DNA from: Candidatus Poribacteria bacterium
GTDB taxonomy: Bacteria; Poribacteria; WGA-4E; WGA-3G
NCBI GenBank assembly: GCA_963665235.2
Contig: CAXXLX010000002.1
Span: 544,001 to 608,000 of the forward strand
DNA: 64,000 nucleotides
Direction: 5' to 3'
The position numbers and the translations under genes are program-made. Positions 26,706-36,846 of the stretch are shown here, piece after piece; position 1 is the stretch's first letter; each line of letters starts with the position of its first letter. The notes under the pieces were generated by a model. The model was not told the origin of the DNA and ran no database searches. It was given only the letters and a program-made list of their open reading frames with translations.

Positions 26706-28073
26706 ATGTTTCAAAAAATACTTATTGCAAATCGAGGCGAAATTGCTGTCCGTATCATCCGTGCATGTAAAGACATGGGTATAAAAAGCGTCGCTATCTT
26801 TTCAACTGCTGACAAAGATGCGTTGCATGTTAAATATGCCGATGAGGCTTACTGTATCGGCCCCCCGCCATCTTCAGAGAGCTATCTGAAATATTCGAGC
26901 ATCACGACAGTTGCGAATCTTGCCAATGTGGACGCTATTCATCCTGGGGCGGGATTTCTTGCGGAGGATGCCCAATTCGCTGAAATTTGTGAGGCGCACC
27001 AAATCAAATTTATCGGGCCCTCTATTAACGACCTCGTCACTATGGGGGATAAGGTTCAGGCGCGTGAAACAGTCGCAAAGTCGGGTTTGAATCTGGTTCC
27101 CGGGAGTCGGGCTTCCAAACGAAAGAAGGATAAGACCGGCACCGTTGCTACTGCGGAGGAGGCGGCGCAACTTGCGGAGAAAATCGGATATCCGGTCGGT
27201 ATTAAAGCGACCGCGGGCGGGGGTGGCCGCGGTATCCGAATCGCATACAATCGTCCGAGTTTGTTTAACCTCTTTCATATAGCAAAGGCGGAGGGCGAGG
27301 CTGCTTTCGGAAATGCTGATGTTTATATTGAAAAATGGATTGAAGACGCACGGCATATTGAGGTTCAAATTCTTGCCGATACGCACGGGAACGTTGTTCA
27401 TCTCGGTGAACGCGAATGCTCTATTCAACGTAAACAGCAGAAACTTCTTGAGGAAGCCCCCGCTGCATCGATCTCTTCTAAACTCCGAGCCGAAATTTGT
27501 AAAGCCGCAGCAAAAACCGCAAAAGCCATCGGGTACACAAACGCAGGAACGATTGAATTTGTGGTCGATAAAGCAGAAAACTTCTATTTCCTGGAAATGA
27601 ATACACGTATCCAGGTCGAACACACTATCACTGAAAGCCTTACAGGGATTGACCTGATTAAAGAGCAGATTCGGTTAGCGATGGGGCAGGAGCTTGGATA
27701 CAACCAGGCCGATATTGATTTTCAAGGACACGCCATCGAATGCCGAATTAATGCGGAAGACCCTAATAATGAATTTATGCCGTCGCCGGGGTTAGTTACA
27801 ACTTATCACCCGCCCAGCGGTATCGGTATCCGGGTCGATGGATATGTCTATGCTGGGTATACTGTCCCCCCGCACTACGATTCGCTCATAGCGAAACTTA
27901 TCGCAATCGGCAGGGACCGGGGAGAAGCTATCGCCCGAATGAAACGGGCCCTTTCTGAATTTGAAATAGAGGGGATAAAGACAACAATCCCGCTGCATCA
28001 GAATATTCTCAACGATGAACGTTTCCTCAACCGAGCTATTTTTACAAATTTTTTAAGCTCGTCTCGTTCTTAA
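26706..28073 (+). CDS. accC: Biotin carboxylase
   Basis: ANRGEIA, GGGGRG, ERECSIQR, EMNTRIQVEH, RINAED, YDSLIAK. Confidence 0.97.
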   Translation: MFQKILIANRGEIAVRIIRACKDMGIKSVAIFSTADKDALHVKYADEAYCIGPPPSSESYLKYSSITTVANLANVDAIHPGAGFLAEDAQFAEICEAHQIKFIGPSINDLVTMGDKVQARETVAKSGLNLVPGSRASKRKKDKTGTVATAEEAAQLAEKIGYPVGIKATAGGGGRGIRIAYNRPSLFNLFHIAKAEGEAAFGNADVYIEKWIEDARHIEVQILADTHGNVVHLGERECSIQRKQQKLLEEAPAASISSKLRAEICKAAAKTAKAIGYTNAGTIEFVVDKAENFYFLEMNTRIQVEHTITESLTGIDLIKEQIRLAMGQELGYNQADIDFQGHAIECRINAEDPNNEFMPSPGLVTTYHPPSGIGIRVDGYVYAGYTVPPHYDSLIAKLIAIGRDRGEAIARMKRALSEFEIEGIKTTIPLHQNILNDERFLNRAIFTNFLSSSRS

Positions 28074-28252
28074 TTCTATAAACATATCGTTATTGGCGAT
28101 TGGCAATTAGCGATTAGCAATTGGAAACCAGAGAAAGAAAACAAAGGGGGAGAGGGTTTTGACGCGCGGCATAAACCTGCTTAGAATCTAAAACTCTTGC
28201 TATAAGCCAATAGCCATTAGCCATTAGCCAGCGAAGCCAATAGTCAATTTAT

Positions 28253-30007
28253 ATGCATGCTTATCTTTACCGATTCATTTCCCTATATCTGCTCCTGTTT
28301 GCAATTACGACTGCACACCCTGTGACTTTTGTTGACGTAACAGATGAAGTGGGTATCCGTTTTCAGCATTCAAGCGGAACCCGCTCTAGCCTACTTGTAG
28401 AAGATATGGGGTCCGGAGCAGGTTTCGCTGATATCGATAACGATGGCGATATTGACCTGTATATCGTCAATATTCCCGGCCCCTTCAGGATAGAAGCGGC
28501 CGAACACACTCCCGAAGCCCATCTTCCAAGAACAACGGCTCCCGCAATAAACGCACTCTACCGAAACAATGGCGATGGCACTTTTACTGACATTACACGC
28601 CCAGCAGGCGTTGGACATTCCGGGTACGGCATGGGATGTGTTTTCGCCGATTATGATGCTGATGGCAACGTGGACCTCTATGTGACTAACTATGGAGAAA
28701 ATGTGCTTTACCGGAACAACGGCGACGGGACTTTTACCGATGTGACAAAGCACGCTGGGGTCGGATGTGAGTTGTGGAGCACAGGAGCTGTCTTCGCTGA
28801 TTACGATGGCGATAACGACCTTGACCTTTACGTATGCAACTATGTTACGTACGACCTCAAAAAATTTGAGCAGGAGAAAGCGGAATCTTTACAAGCCGGA
28901 AAAATGGTGCCAAACGCACTAAATCCCACTGTTTTTGAACCGCAAGACAACGTCCTCTATCGGAACAATGGCGATGGCACTTTTACCGATGCAACTACCG
29001 AAACGGGCACTGCTGCACCTGGCGGCAGAAGCATGCAAGCCATTTTTAGCGATTTTGATAACGACAACGATATGGACCTATATGTCGCAAATGATACTAC
29101 TGAAAATCACATTTATCAAAACGAGGGGGATGGCACTTTCACCGATGTTAGTGCTGACTCTTGGGCAGCAAACCCACACGGCTCCATGGGGTTAGCTGCT
29201 GGTGATTACGATGCTGATGGCGACATAGACCTGTTTATCAGCCACTGGATTGAGCAGGAGAATACCCTCTACAGAAACTTGTTGAAAGAGGGGGGAAACC
29301 CTATACAAACAGGCGGCGGGGCAAACCTGAAACAGACTCCGCCAGAAACGAAAAAACAGCTCCGATTCGTTGATGAAACCTATTCCACTCTGCTCGCTGA
29401 AGTCAGTATTAAAGATATCGGATGGGGCACGGCTCTCTTTGATTATGACAATGATGGCGACCTGGATATTTTCGTTGCAAACGGAAGTACGTTCCAAGAA
29501 CTTGACCGCCCCGAGGTGCTTATCCCACAACCCAATCGGTTATTTCGCAACGAGGCGGACAACATTTTTACCGATGTCAGTCAAGATGTCGGTATTGCGA
29601 AGCTCCCCCCGCGGGTGAGTCGCGGCACGGCGTTTGGCGACTATGATAACGATGGCGATATAGATATTTTCATCGTCAATAACTACGCTAAGCCAACGTT
29701 GTTGCGGAATGAGACTGTTTCTGCACAGAACGGTAATGGCAACAATTGGTTGCGCGTTAAATTGGTAGGGACATCCGGAAACATAGAGGCTATCGGTGCG
29801 AAAATCCAACTGAAAGTTGCGGACCTTACACAGCTCCGCGAAATTTACGCAGGGGATAGTTATATGTCGGCTAACAGTGTCTATGTCCAATTCGGGCTCG
29901 GCAGAGCCAAACTGATTCAGTCGCTTCAGATTACTTGGCCGAGTGGGGCAGTACAAGTCCTTCATAATATACCGATAAATCAGCGGATAGAAATTACGCA
30001 GGAGTAG
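28253..30007 (+). CDS. CRTAC1 / ASPIC-UnbV FG-GAP repeat secreted protein
   Basis: Signal peptide; repeated D.DNDGD.D and LYRNNGDGTFTD; C-terminal FGLG...WPSG. Confidence 0.93.
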   Translation: MHAYLYRFISLYLLLFAITTAHPVTFVDVTDEVGIRFQHSSGTRSSLLVEDMGSGAGFADIDNDGDIDLYIVNIPGPFRIEAAEHTPEAHLPRTTAPAINALYRNNGDGTFTDITRPAGVGHSGYGMGCVFADYDADGNVDLYVTNYGENVLYRNNGDGTFTDVTKHAGVGCELWSTGAVFADYDGDNDLDLYVCNYVTYDLKKFEQEKAESLQAGKMVPNALNPTVFEPQDNVLYRNNGDGTFTDATTETGTAAPGGRSMQAIFSDFDNDNDMDLYVANDTTENHIYQNEGDGTFTDVSADSWAANPHGSMGLAAGDYDADGDIDLFISHWIEQENTLYRNLLKEGGNPIQTGGGANLKQTPPETKKQLRFVDETYSTLLAEVSIKDIGWGTALFDYDNDGDLDIFVANGSTFQELDRPEVLIPQPNRLFRNEADNIFTDVSQDVGIAKLPPRVSRGTAFGDYDNDGDIDIFIVNNYAKPTLLRNETVSAQNGNGNNWLRVKLVGTSGNIEAIGAKIQLKVADLTQLREIYAGDSYMSANSVYVQFGLGRAKLIQSLQITWPSGAVQVLHNIPINQRIEITQE

Positions 30008-30015
30008 CAAGCAAT

Positions 30016-31401
30016 ATGAATACAATACACACAGGGTCGCCAAAATCGGTACTACTCACAGAAGCGGATATGTCCCTATTTCTTGATTACTATCAACTTA
30101 CGATGGGGCAGGCAGATTTTAACGCGAAAAATGAGGCGGTTATCACAGCGAACTACTATGTGCGTAGAATTCCGCAGGGGGAATATCTCGTCGCAGCCGG
30201 ACTTGAACAGGTTATTCACTATATTCTCAACCTACGTTTCACCGAGGAGCTCCTTACGGGATTAGCAGAACGCGGGGAATTGTCCCCAGATTACCTTGCG
30301 TCGCTAAAAGATTTCCGATTTGATGGGTCAATTTTCGCGCTTCCTGAAGGTACGCCTGTTTTTCCGAACGAACCGATTATCAATGTGACCGGTCGTTCTC
30401 GGGACGTTCAACTTTTTGAGACGTACCTGCTGTGTGTGATGAATTTTCAGACGTTAATTGCGACGAAAGCATCACGGATTGTCTCTGCTGCGCGCGGTAA
30501 ACCGGTTTTCGATTTCGGGGCGCGGCGTGCACACGGCAGAGACGCTGCTGTCCTTGCTGCTCGGGCAGCATTTATCGGCGGCGCACAAGCCACATCTCTC
30601 GTCCTTGCAGGCCACTATTTTGATATACCCTACGTTGGCACGATGGCGCATAAATTCATCTCCGAACGTCCGACCGAGATACAGGCGTTTCGAGAATACG
30701 CCGCGGCATTTCCACACAATACAATACTCCTAATTGATACCTACGGGACACTTGAGGGGGCGCGAAATGCATGTATTGTTGCCCATGAGATGGCAGCACG
30801 CGGGGAACGTTTACGCGCGGTCCGACTAGATAGCGGCGAGCTCTTCGCACTGAGCAAAAAGGTACGCCAGATTTTTGATGACGAAGGGCTGGACTATGTG
30901 CAAATCCTTGCAAGTCACGACTTGGACGAATTCCAGATAGATGCCTTATGCAAAAAAGATGCGCCGCTTGACGCATTCGGAGTCGGTACACGCCTGGCTA
31001 CAGGCGCGAATTTTAACCCGTTCACAGGCGAAGGGGGACCGTCGGCACTCGGCGGGGTTTACAAATTGGTAGAACGCGATGGAGTTCCCAAAGGGAAACA
31101 GTCGCTTGATGAACCCGCAAAGGCGACTATCCCCGGAAAAAAACAGGTGTATCGATACACCGGACCCGATGGGTATTACTGTAAAGACGATATAACCCCG
31201 TGGGATGAACCAAGTCGTGCAGACGCTAATCCGCTGTTAATTCCGATTGTCAAAAATGGTGAGTTGGTTTATAAGTTCCCATCCGTGTGGGACATTCAGC
31301 ATCATGCAACGTCAGAACTTGCCAAATTGCCTGATTCACATAAAACGTTAACTGATGCTACACCGTATCTTGTGGAACTGCACCCGGCACTGAAAGTCTG
31401 A
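30016..31401 (+). CDS. pncB: Nicotinate phosphoribosyltransferase
   Basis: DYYQLTM, DFGARRAH, GTMAH, IDTY, RLDSG, FGVGT, VYKL. Confidence 0.95.
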   Translation: MNTIHTGSPKSVLLTEADMSLFLDYYQLTMGQADFNAKNEAVITANYYVRRIPQGEYLVAAGLEQVIHYILNLRFTEELLTGLAERGELSPDYLASLKDFRFDGSIFALPEGTPVFPNEPIINVTGRSRDVQLFETYLLCVMNFQTLIATKASRIVSAARGKPVFDFGARRAHGRDAAVLAARAAFIGGAQATSLVLAGHYFDIPYVGTMAHKFISERPTEIQAFREYAAAFPHNTILLIDTYGTLEGARNACIVAHEMAARGERLRAVRLDSGELFALSKKVRQIFDDEGLDYVQILASHDLDEFQIDALCKKDAPLDAFGVGTRLATGANFNPFTGEGGPSALGGVYKLVERDGVPKGKQSLDEPAKATIPGKKQVYRYTGPDGYYCKDDITPWDEPSRADANPLLIPIVKNGELVYKFPSVWDIQHHATSELAKLPDSHKTLTDATPYLVELHPALKV

Positions 31402-31440
31402 ATCACGGATTATCGCGGATTACACGGATTACGCGGATTG
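31398..31440 (+). repeat. 9-bp repeat family (CGGATTACA/CGGATTATC)
   Basis: Related runs near 4543-4572, 39030-39060 (reverse) and 63198-63325. Confidence 0.65.
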
Positions 31441-31490
31441 ACACTCTGTAACATCAAATTATCTGCTAAGCGGACAGCTTTGTTAGGCTG

Positions 31491-32294
31491 CTATGCCTGC
31501 GGCGGTGTCAGCAGTGCGGCGATGTCTTCTGGTAGTTTGATATTATGTTTCTGTTCAAAGTCGGCAACGTTTCTGTAATCCTTACCAAAAATCTCAACGA
31601 TAATATTTTTCGCCATATCCGTGGCGGACTTCAGATCCGATTTTGCCTTCTCCCACTCTTGCAAGTGTAAAAATGCCATACCGCGATTGTAATATGCCTC
31701 GGCAAAATTCGGGTTGCGTTCTATTGCTGTGTTATAGTCGTCAATAGCCCGTTGATACTCGCCTTTTCGCGAATAAGCATTACCCCGATTGTTATAGGGA
31801 TGGACGCGGCTCGGTATCAGCTCTATCGCCTTGCTATAATCTACAATTGCGTTATCATACTCCTGTTTATCAAAGTAAACGATACCACGGTTGTAATACG
31901 GATAGGCAAAATTGGGATCCAGTTCTATTGCTGTGTTATAGTCGTCAATAGCGAGCTCGTAATCACCTTTGAGTTTATGAACTATCCCACGGTTATTATA
32001 TGCCACTGGCAAATTAGGCTCTAACCTTATTGCTATGTTACAATCTTCGAGGGCGCGCTCGTAATCACCTTTGATACGGTATGCGCTACCCCGATTGCTG
32101 TATGCCTCGGCATAGTTTACATCGCGACTAATAGCTGTGTTGAAGTCTTTAATAGCGCGCTCAATATCGCCTAGATTGCCGTAAGCAACGCCACGATAGT
32201 TATAACCTTGGGCAAAGGTAGGTCTCCGTTCAATCGCTTTGTTGTAGCGCTGGATAGCGTTTTCGTAAGATGCCCGATCTGTTTGTGTGTGCAT
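31491..32294 (-). CDS. TPR protein with the same C-terminal cap as 2573..3838
   Basis: About 6 TPRs; LHLQEWEKAK.DL...VADFEQKH...PEDIAALL. Confidence 0.92.
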   Translation of the reverse strand: MHTQTDRASYENAIQRYNKAIERRPTFAQGYNYRGVAYGNLGDIERAIKDFNTAISRDVNYAEAYSNRGSAYRIKGDYERALEDCNIAIRLEPNLPVAYNNRGIVHKLKGDYELAIDDYNTAIELDPNFAYPYYNRGIVYFDKQEYDNAIVDYSKAIELIPSRVHPYNNRGNAYSRKGEYQRAIDDYNTAIERNPNFAEAYYNRGMAFLHLQEWEKAKSDLKSATDMAKNIIVEIFGKDYRNVADFEQKHNIKLPEDIAALLTPPQA

Positions 32295-32297
32295 GTT

Positions 32298-33029
32298 TTA
32301 CGTCTCCTTGTCGTTGCGAAGTTGAGACTGGGTATCCTGAAAGACATCATCCCTCGATGGCATTTCGACCTCGTAAACTTCTACGCATTCCTTCAGGTGG
32401 GTGCCCTGCTCTCTAATAAACCCGTGGAAATCATTGTAAACGGTTTGTGTTGAAATACCGTGCTGTTCTCGCAGATGGTCTAATATCGGTTCCTTGAGTG
32501 ATGCGGGAATATCTATTACAGCGAAATGTTCAGAATCAATAAACCCCTTCGGTGGCCGAACGAATATACTTTTCTGTGCTATGATACGGTTTTGCGGGTT
32601 CCGAGGTTCTTTAATTTGATAGTTCTTATTTATCTCCCCACTTCTCTCCAACAAAATAATCCTGCCGGGTTTTCCAAGTGAACCGTCACATGCGAAAAAG
32701 AGGGCTATGTGGTTGTCTGTTGTAAAGTCGATAAGATTGGTATAACCGCCGTAGTGTTGGAGTTCTGTCAAGATTTCAAAGCTATCTTCCTCGTAGGTAT
32801 ATTTTTTAGCCACCGTCAGCATTCGCTGTTGGATAGCTTCTATATCGAATTCCCCTGTTCCAATTTCTTTCCGGCATTCACGCCACAGACTTGAAGATAC
32901 TTTCTCATAGTGTTGTGGTTCACCGCGATAGATGAAGCCACCACCAGCGGTTGTTTCTGCTATCCTACCGATTATCTCTAAAATGCTGTTGCGTTCGGTT
33001 TCTTGTGTGTTCAAATTTGCTCTCCACAA
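32298..33029 (-). CDS. FRG domain protein
   Basis: IYRGE, LQHYGG.TNLIDFT, ALFFAC, NRIIAQKSIF. Likely TTG start at 33014. Confidence 0.88.
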   Translation of the reverse strand: MWRANLNTQETERNSILEIIGRIAETTAGGGFIYRGEPQHYEKVSSSLWRECRKEIGTGEFDIEAIQQRMLTVAKKYTYEEDSFEILTELQHYGGYTNLIDFTTDNHIALFFACDGSLGKPGRIILLERSGEINKNYQIKEPRNPQNRIIAQKSIFVRPPKGFIDSEHFAVIDIPASLKEPILDHLREQHGISTQTVYNDFHGFIREQGTHLKECVEVYEVEMPSRDDVFQDTQSQLRNDKET

Positions 33030-33119
33030 TGCGAATTTCCTCTGATATTAAATTATACCTTGTTCGCGTTCGCTTGTCAATTTCAATTTTGCGGAGCTAA
33101 AGGGGGGGTAAACCTTATG

Positions 33120-34748
33120 CTAACCGCCATCTTCAGAGAGTATTTCCTGTCTTTCTCTGATAAGTCCAACGAAGACACAAGCCCCCATTCCTAACAGCAC
33201 AATCGCGAAGGGGAAACCTACCACAAGCGCGGCCGCTTGCATTGCCTTCAAACCACCACCAAGCAGGAGCGCAATGGCAACCAATCCCTCGGCAGAACAC
33301 CAAAACACGCGTTGTACTACCGGAGCGTCAAACTTACCGCCAGATGTAATAGTATCCACAACCAGCGACCCGGAGTCCGACGAGGTGACGAAAAAGATGA
33401 TTAACAAAACAATGCTAACGAAGGAAGCGAGCTGTGTCAAGGGCAATTGCTCAAACATTTTGAATAGCGCAAGCTCATACGTCCCTGATGCAACAATCTG
33501 CATCACACCGGTGTAGCCATCGGCAAGGAACTGATGGATAGCTGTGCCGCCAAAAGTGCTCATGCATAATAAAATAATCAGCATAGGGAGGACAAGAACA
33601 CAGGACAGGAATTCGCGAACCGTGCGCCCTTTTGAAATGCGGGCAATAAAAGTACCAACGAACGGGCCCCAGGTAATCCACCATGCCAAGTGGAACGCCG
33701 ACCAATCGTGTATAAAGTAGGAATCCGTACGCCCTACCCAATTGCTGAACGGCACAATCTTAACGAAGTAGGTGCCAAGTCCCTTAAGAAAGTTACTGAA
33801 AATAGCACCGGTTGGGCCTACGACGATTACGAATAAAAATAGGCTAACCGTGATGCAGATATTTATTTGGCTGAGCCGTTTGATACCGACATCAAGTCCA
33901 CTGATTACCGAAACCGTAGCGACTACGGTAATCAGTGAGATTAAGACCACTTTGGTAGTATTGGTCCCGGGAATGTTGAACAAATAGTTAAGCCCTGCTG
34001 TCACCTGTTCGGAGCCCAAACCGAGCGATGGGGCAAGCCCGAACAACGTCGCGAAAACAGCAAGTGTATCAATAATGTGACCAGGCCAGCCCCAGACGCG
34101 GTCACCGAGCAGCGGATAGAACGCTGAACGTAGTGCAAGCGGCAATCCGCGATTATAGGTGAAAAATGCAAGCGCAAGTCCAACGACCGCGTAACCCGCC
34201 CAACCATGGAGCCCCCAGTGAAAAGCTATCGATGCAAAACTCATAGTTCGCGCCGCTTTGACATCCGGATCGTTCAGGTCGGGAGGCGGCTGACCAACAT
34301 CGTACACCTTGGTCATGTTGAATGGAGGATTTTGAAAATGATGAACAGGCTCGATTACCCCGAAATATACGAGTCCGATTGCTAAGCCTGCCGAAAAGAG
34401 CATGGCAATCCACGTAAGCGTAGAGTAATCCGGCACTGCATCCTGCCCACCGAGGCGCACCTTTCCAAGCGGAGAAACAATCAGGTACAGGCAAAACAGC
34501 ACAAGAAGACTACAGCTCAGCAAAAATACCCAATCTAAGCGTGAAGTCATCCACACCCGGATATTTTCAAAAACAATTGTCGCCTTCTCTTGGAACACAA
34601 GGGCCACAAGCACAAAAATAACAATGGAGAGACTGGAGGTCAAGAAAACCGGGGCGTTGATATCAAGCCCAAATATTTGGAGGTTGTTCTGACCGACCCG
34701 GTAACTCGTATCTGACTTTAGCTGCGACTTTTTCTCTTCATGTTGCAT
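33120..34748 (-). CDS. BCCT family transporter (divergent paralog)
   Basis: FHWGLH.W..Y, WWITWGPFVG.FIARISKGRT, TSSDS. Confidence 0.95.
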   Translation of the reverse strand: MQHEEKKSQLKSDTSYRVGQNNLQIFGLDINAPVFLTSSLSIVIFVLVALVFQEKATIVFENIRVWMTSRLDWVFLLSCSLLVLFCLYLIVSPLGKVRLGGQDAVPDYSTLTWIAMLFSAGLAIGLVYFGVIEPVHHFQNPPFNMTKVYDVGQPPPDLNDPDVKAARTMSFASIAFHWGLHGWAGYAVVGLALAFFTYNRGLPLALRSAFYPLLGDRVWGWPGHIIDTLAVFATLFGLAPSLGLGSEQVTAGLNYLFNIPGTNTTKVVLISLITVVATVSVISGLDVGIKRLSQINICITVSLFLFVIVVGPTGAIFSNFLKGLGTYFVKIVPFSNWVGRTDSYFIHDWSAFHLAWWITWGPFVGTFIARISKGRTVREFLSCVLVLPMLIILLCMSTFGGTAIHQFLADGYTGVMQIVASGTYELALFKMFEQLPLTQLASFVSIVLLIIFFVTSSDSGSLVVDTITSGGKFDAPVVQRVFWCSAEGLVAIALLLGGGLKAMQAAALVVGFPFAIVLLGMGACVFVGLIRERQEILSEDGG

Positions 34749-34786
34749 TTTTTAACGGTTCCGAATCCTCTACGATGTTAATGCAT

Positions 34787-35040
34787 CAGGACTTACGCAA
34801 ATTTAGCACAGAGCCTCGTAGGGGCGAGGTCACCTCGCCCGCTAAGTCTCCCTCTAAATCCCATTATCTATGGACTTTATCAACGCGCTGCGTAAGTCCT
34901 GTTAGGACAGAGCCTCGTAGGGGCGAGGTCACCTCGCCCGCTAAGTCTCCACCGCGTGTCCGGAAACATAGGACTTATGCTAAAAGCGAGAACCGTCTTG
35001 CTGTTGGGCAGTTCTATGCCTTGCGCGCACAAGTCCTATA
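34787..35040. mobile_element. MITE copy (34787-34901), duplicated REP and a degenerate TIR-bounded remnant
   Basis: CAGGACTTACGCA...TGCGTAAGTCCTG; GTAGGGGCGAGGTCACCTCGCCC twice; TAGGACTTATGC...GCACAAGTCCTA. Confidence 0.8.
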
Positions 35041-35051
35041 TTGATAGCAAA

Positions 35052-36782
35052 TTATTCCATCGAATTCCCATCTTCAGAGAGTGTTTCTTCAGAGAGTGTT
35101 TCCCGTCTTTCTCTGATAAGTCCAACGAGAGCACACGCTCCCATGCCTAACAGCACAATCGCGAAGGGGAAACCTGTTGCAATGGCAGCGGCTTGTAAAG
35201 CTACCAATCCTCCGCCCAGTAATAGCGCGATAGCGACTAACCCTTCGGCAGTACACCAAAACACGCGTTGGGCAACCGGTGCGTCAACCTTGCCACCTGC
35301 TGCAATGATGTCAATAATCAGGGAACCGGAGTCAGATGAAGTGACGAAAAATATAATCGTCAACAGCATTGCGGCACAAGAAAGTAGGGTTGTCCACGGT
35401 AATCCTTTGAACATTCCGAAAAGTGCAAGTTCATAATTATATGTCTCAACTTTTTCGGTTACACTCGTGAAATTCTCAGCAAGGAACTGGTGGATTGCGG
35501 TGCCGCCGAAGACACTAAACCAGATAAGACATAAAAGTGTCGGCAGCAGCAGTACGAAAATAACAAACTGGCGAACTGTGCGTCCCTTTGAGATGCGGGC
35601 AATAAAGGTCCCAATAAATGGTGCCCAAGCAATCCACCACGCCCAATAGAAGGTCGTCCAATCGTGGAGGAATGCTGTATCTTCACGCCCCACCCAGTTG
35701 CTGAGCGGTACAATTTTCATGACATAAGTCCCAAGTCCAGCGAACATGCTTTGGAAAATGTAACGCGTTGGACCGAGCACAAAAATAGTTAACAGTAGAA
35801 TGAACGCAAGAATTATGTTGAACTGACTGAGACGTTTGATACCAACATTAATCCCTGTCATTACCGAAATCAATGCAATGGCTGTAATCCCCACAATCAA
35901 TATGACCATGGTGACTTTATTATCCGGAATTGCGAACAGATCGTTAAGACCGGCGGTCACCTGGTCAGCACCTAAACCGAGGGAAGTTGCAAGACCAAAA
36001 ATCCCTGCGAAGATAGCAAATGTATCGATGATGTGTCCGGGCCACCCCCATATCCGCTCACCAAATATCGGATAAAACGCGGACCGGATTAGCAGGGGTA
36101 ATCCACGGTTGTAGGCAAAAAATGCAAGGGCAAGTCCTACGACCCCATAAACTGCCCACGCTTGCAATCCCCAGTGAAAAACTGTTGTTGCTATTCCCAC
36201 GGAGGCTGCCGCTTGAACTTTGGTATCTTCGATGTTAGGAACATTTTTAACACTGTAATCCGCCTCTGCGTCATAATTGGCATCTCCGATGTTAGGGACA
36301 TCTTCAACATTATAAATTGCCTTTGGGTCATAAACCGTTTCTGTGTTCAGAGGCGAATAGGCACCACCCTGAAAATAGGTGACCGGTTCTGACACACCAA
36401 AGAACAGAAGCCCAATCCCTACCCCTGCTGCAAAAAGCATGGCAAGCCATGTTAGGTTGGAGTATTCTGGTTTTGCATCTGCCCCACCGAGACGAATCTT
36501 GCCGAGGGGTGAGAGGGCTACAATCAAACAGAAGAGAAAGATGAGGTTGACAGTGCCCATGAACAACCAATCAAGATTTGTGGTAAGCCAGACTCGTGCA
36601 GCTTTAAAAATTTTTTCGGCATCCTCTTGGAAGATTAGAGTGCCAATGATAAAGGCAACAATCGTAATAGCAGAGACCACGAATACAGGCGTAAGGTAAA
36701 TCTCTAAACCGAAGAGTTTCCTATATCTGCCTTCGTCCACTTGATGTGGCATCTGTTGCGGTTGTTTTTCTTCTTCATTCAT
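35052..36782 (-). CDS. BCCT family transporter (betaine/choline/carnitine type)
   Basis: MLFAAGVGIG, FHWGL, WTTFYWAWWIAW, ARISKGRT. Confidence 0.96.
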   Translation of the reverse strand: MNEEEKQPQQMPHQVDEGRYRKLFGLEIYLTPVFVVSAITIVAFIIGTLIFQEDAEKIFKAARVWLTTNLDWLFMGTVNLIFLFCLIVALSPLGKIRLGGADAKPEYSNLTWLAMLFAAGVGIGLLFFGVSEPVTYFQGGAYSPLNTETVYDPKAIYNVEDVPNIGDANYDAEADYSVKNVPNIEDTKVQAAASVGIATTVFHWGLQAWAVYGVVGLALAFFAYNRGLPLLIRSAFYPIFGERIWGWPGHIIDTFAIFAGIFGLATSLGLGADQVTAGLNDLFAIPDNKVTMVILIVGITAIALISVMTGINVGIKRLSQFNIILAFILLLTIFVLGPTRYIFQSMFAGLGTYVMKIVPLSNWVGREDTAFLHDWTTFYWAWWIAWAPFIGTFIARISKGRTVRQFVIFVLLLPTLLCLIWFSVFGGTAIHQFLAENFTSVTEKVETYNYELALFGMFKGLPWTTLLSCAAMLLTIIFFVTSSDSGSLIIDIIAAGGKVDAPVAQRVFWCTAEGLVAIALLLGGGLVALQAAAIATGFPFAIVLLGMGACALVGLIRERRETLSEETLSEDGNSME

Positions 36783-36846
36783 TTTAGTTTCTCCTTATAG
36801 GCACAAACTGGAAAGTTTATGCTACAATTTGAGATGGGTAAACCGA

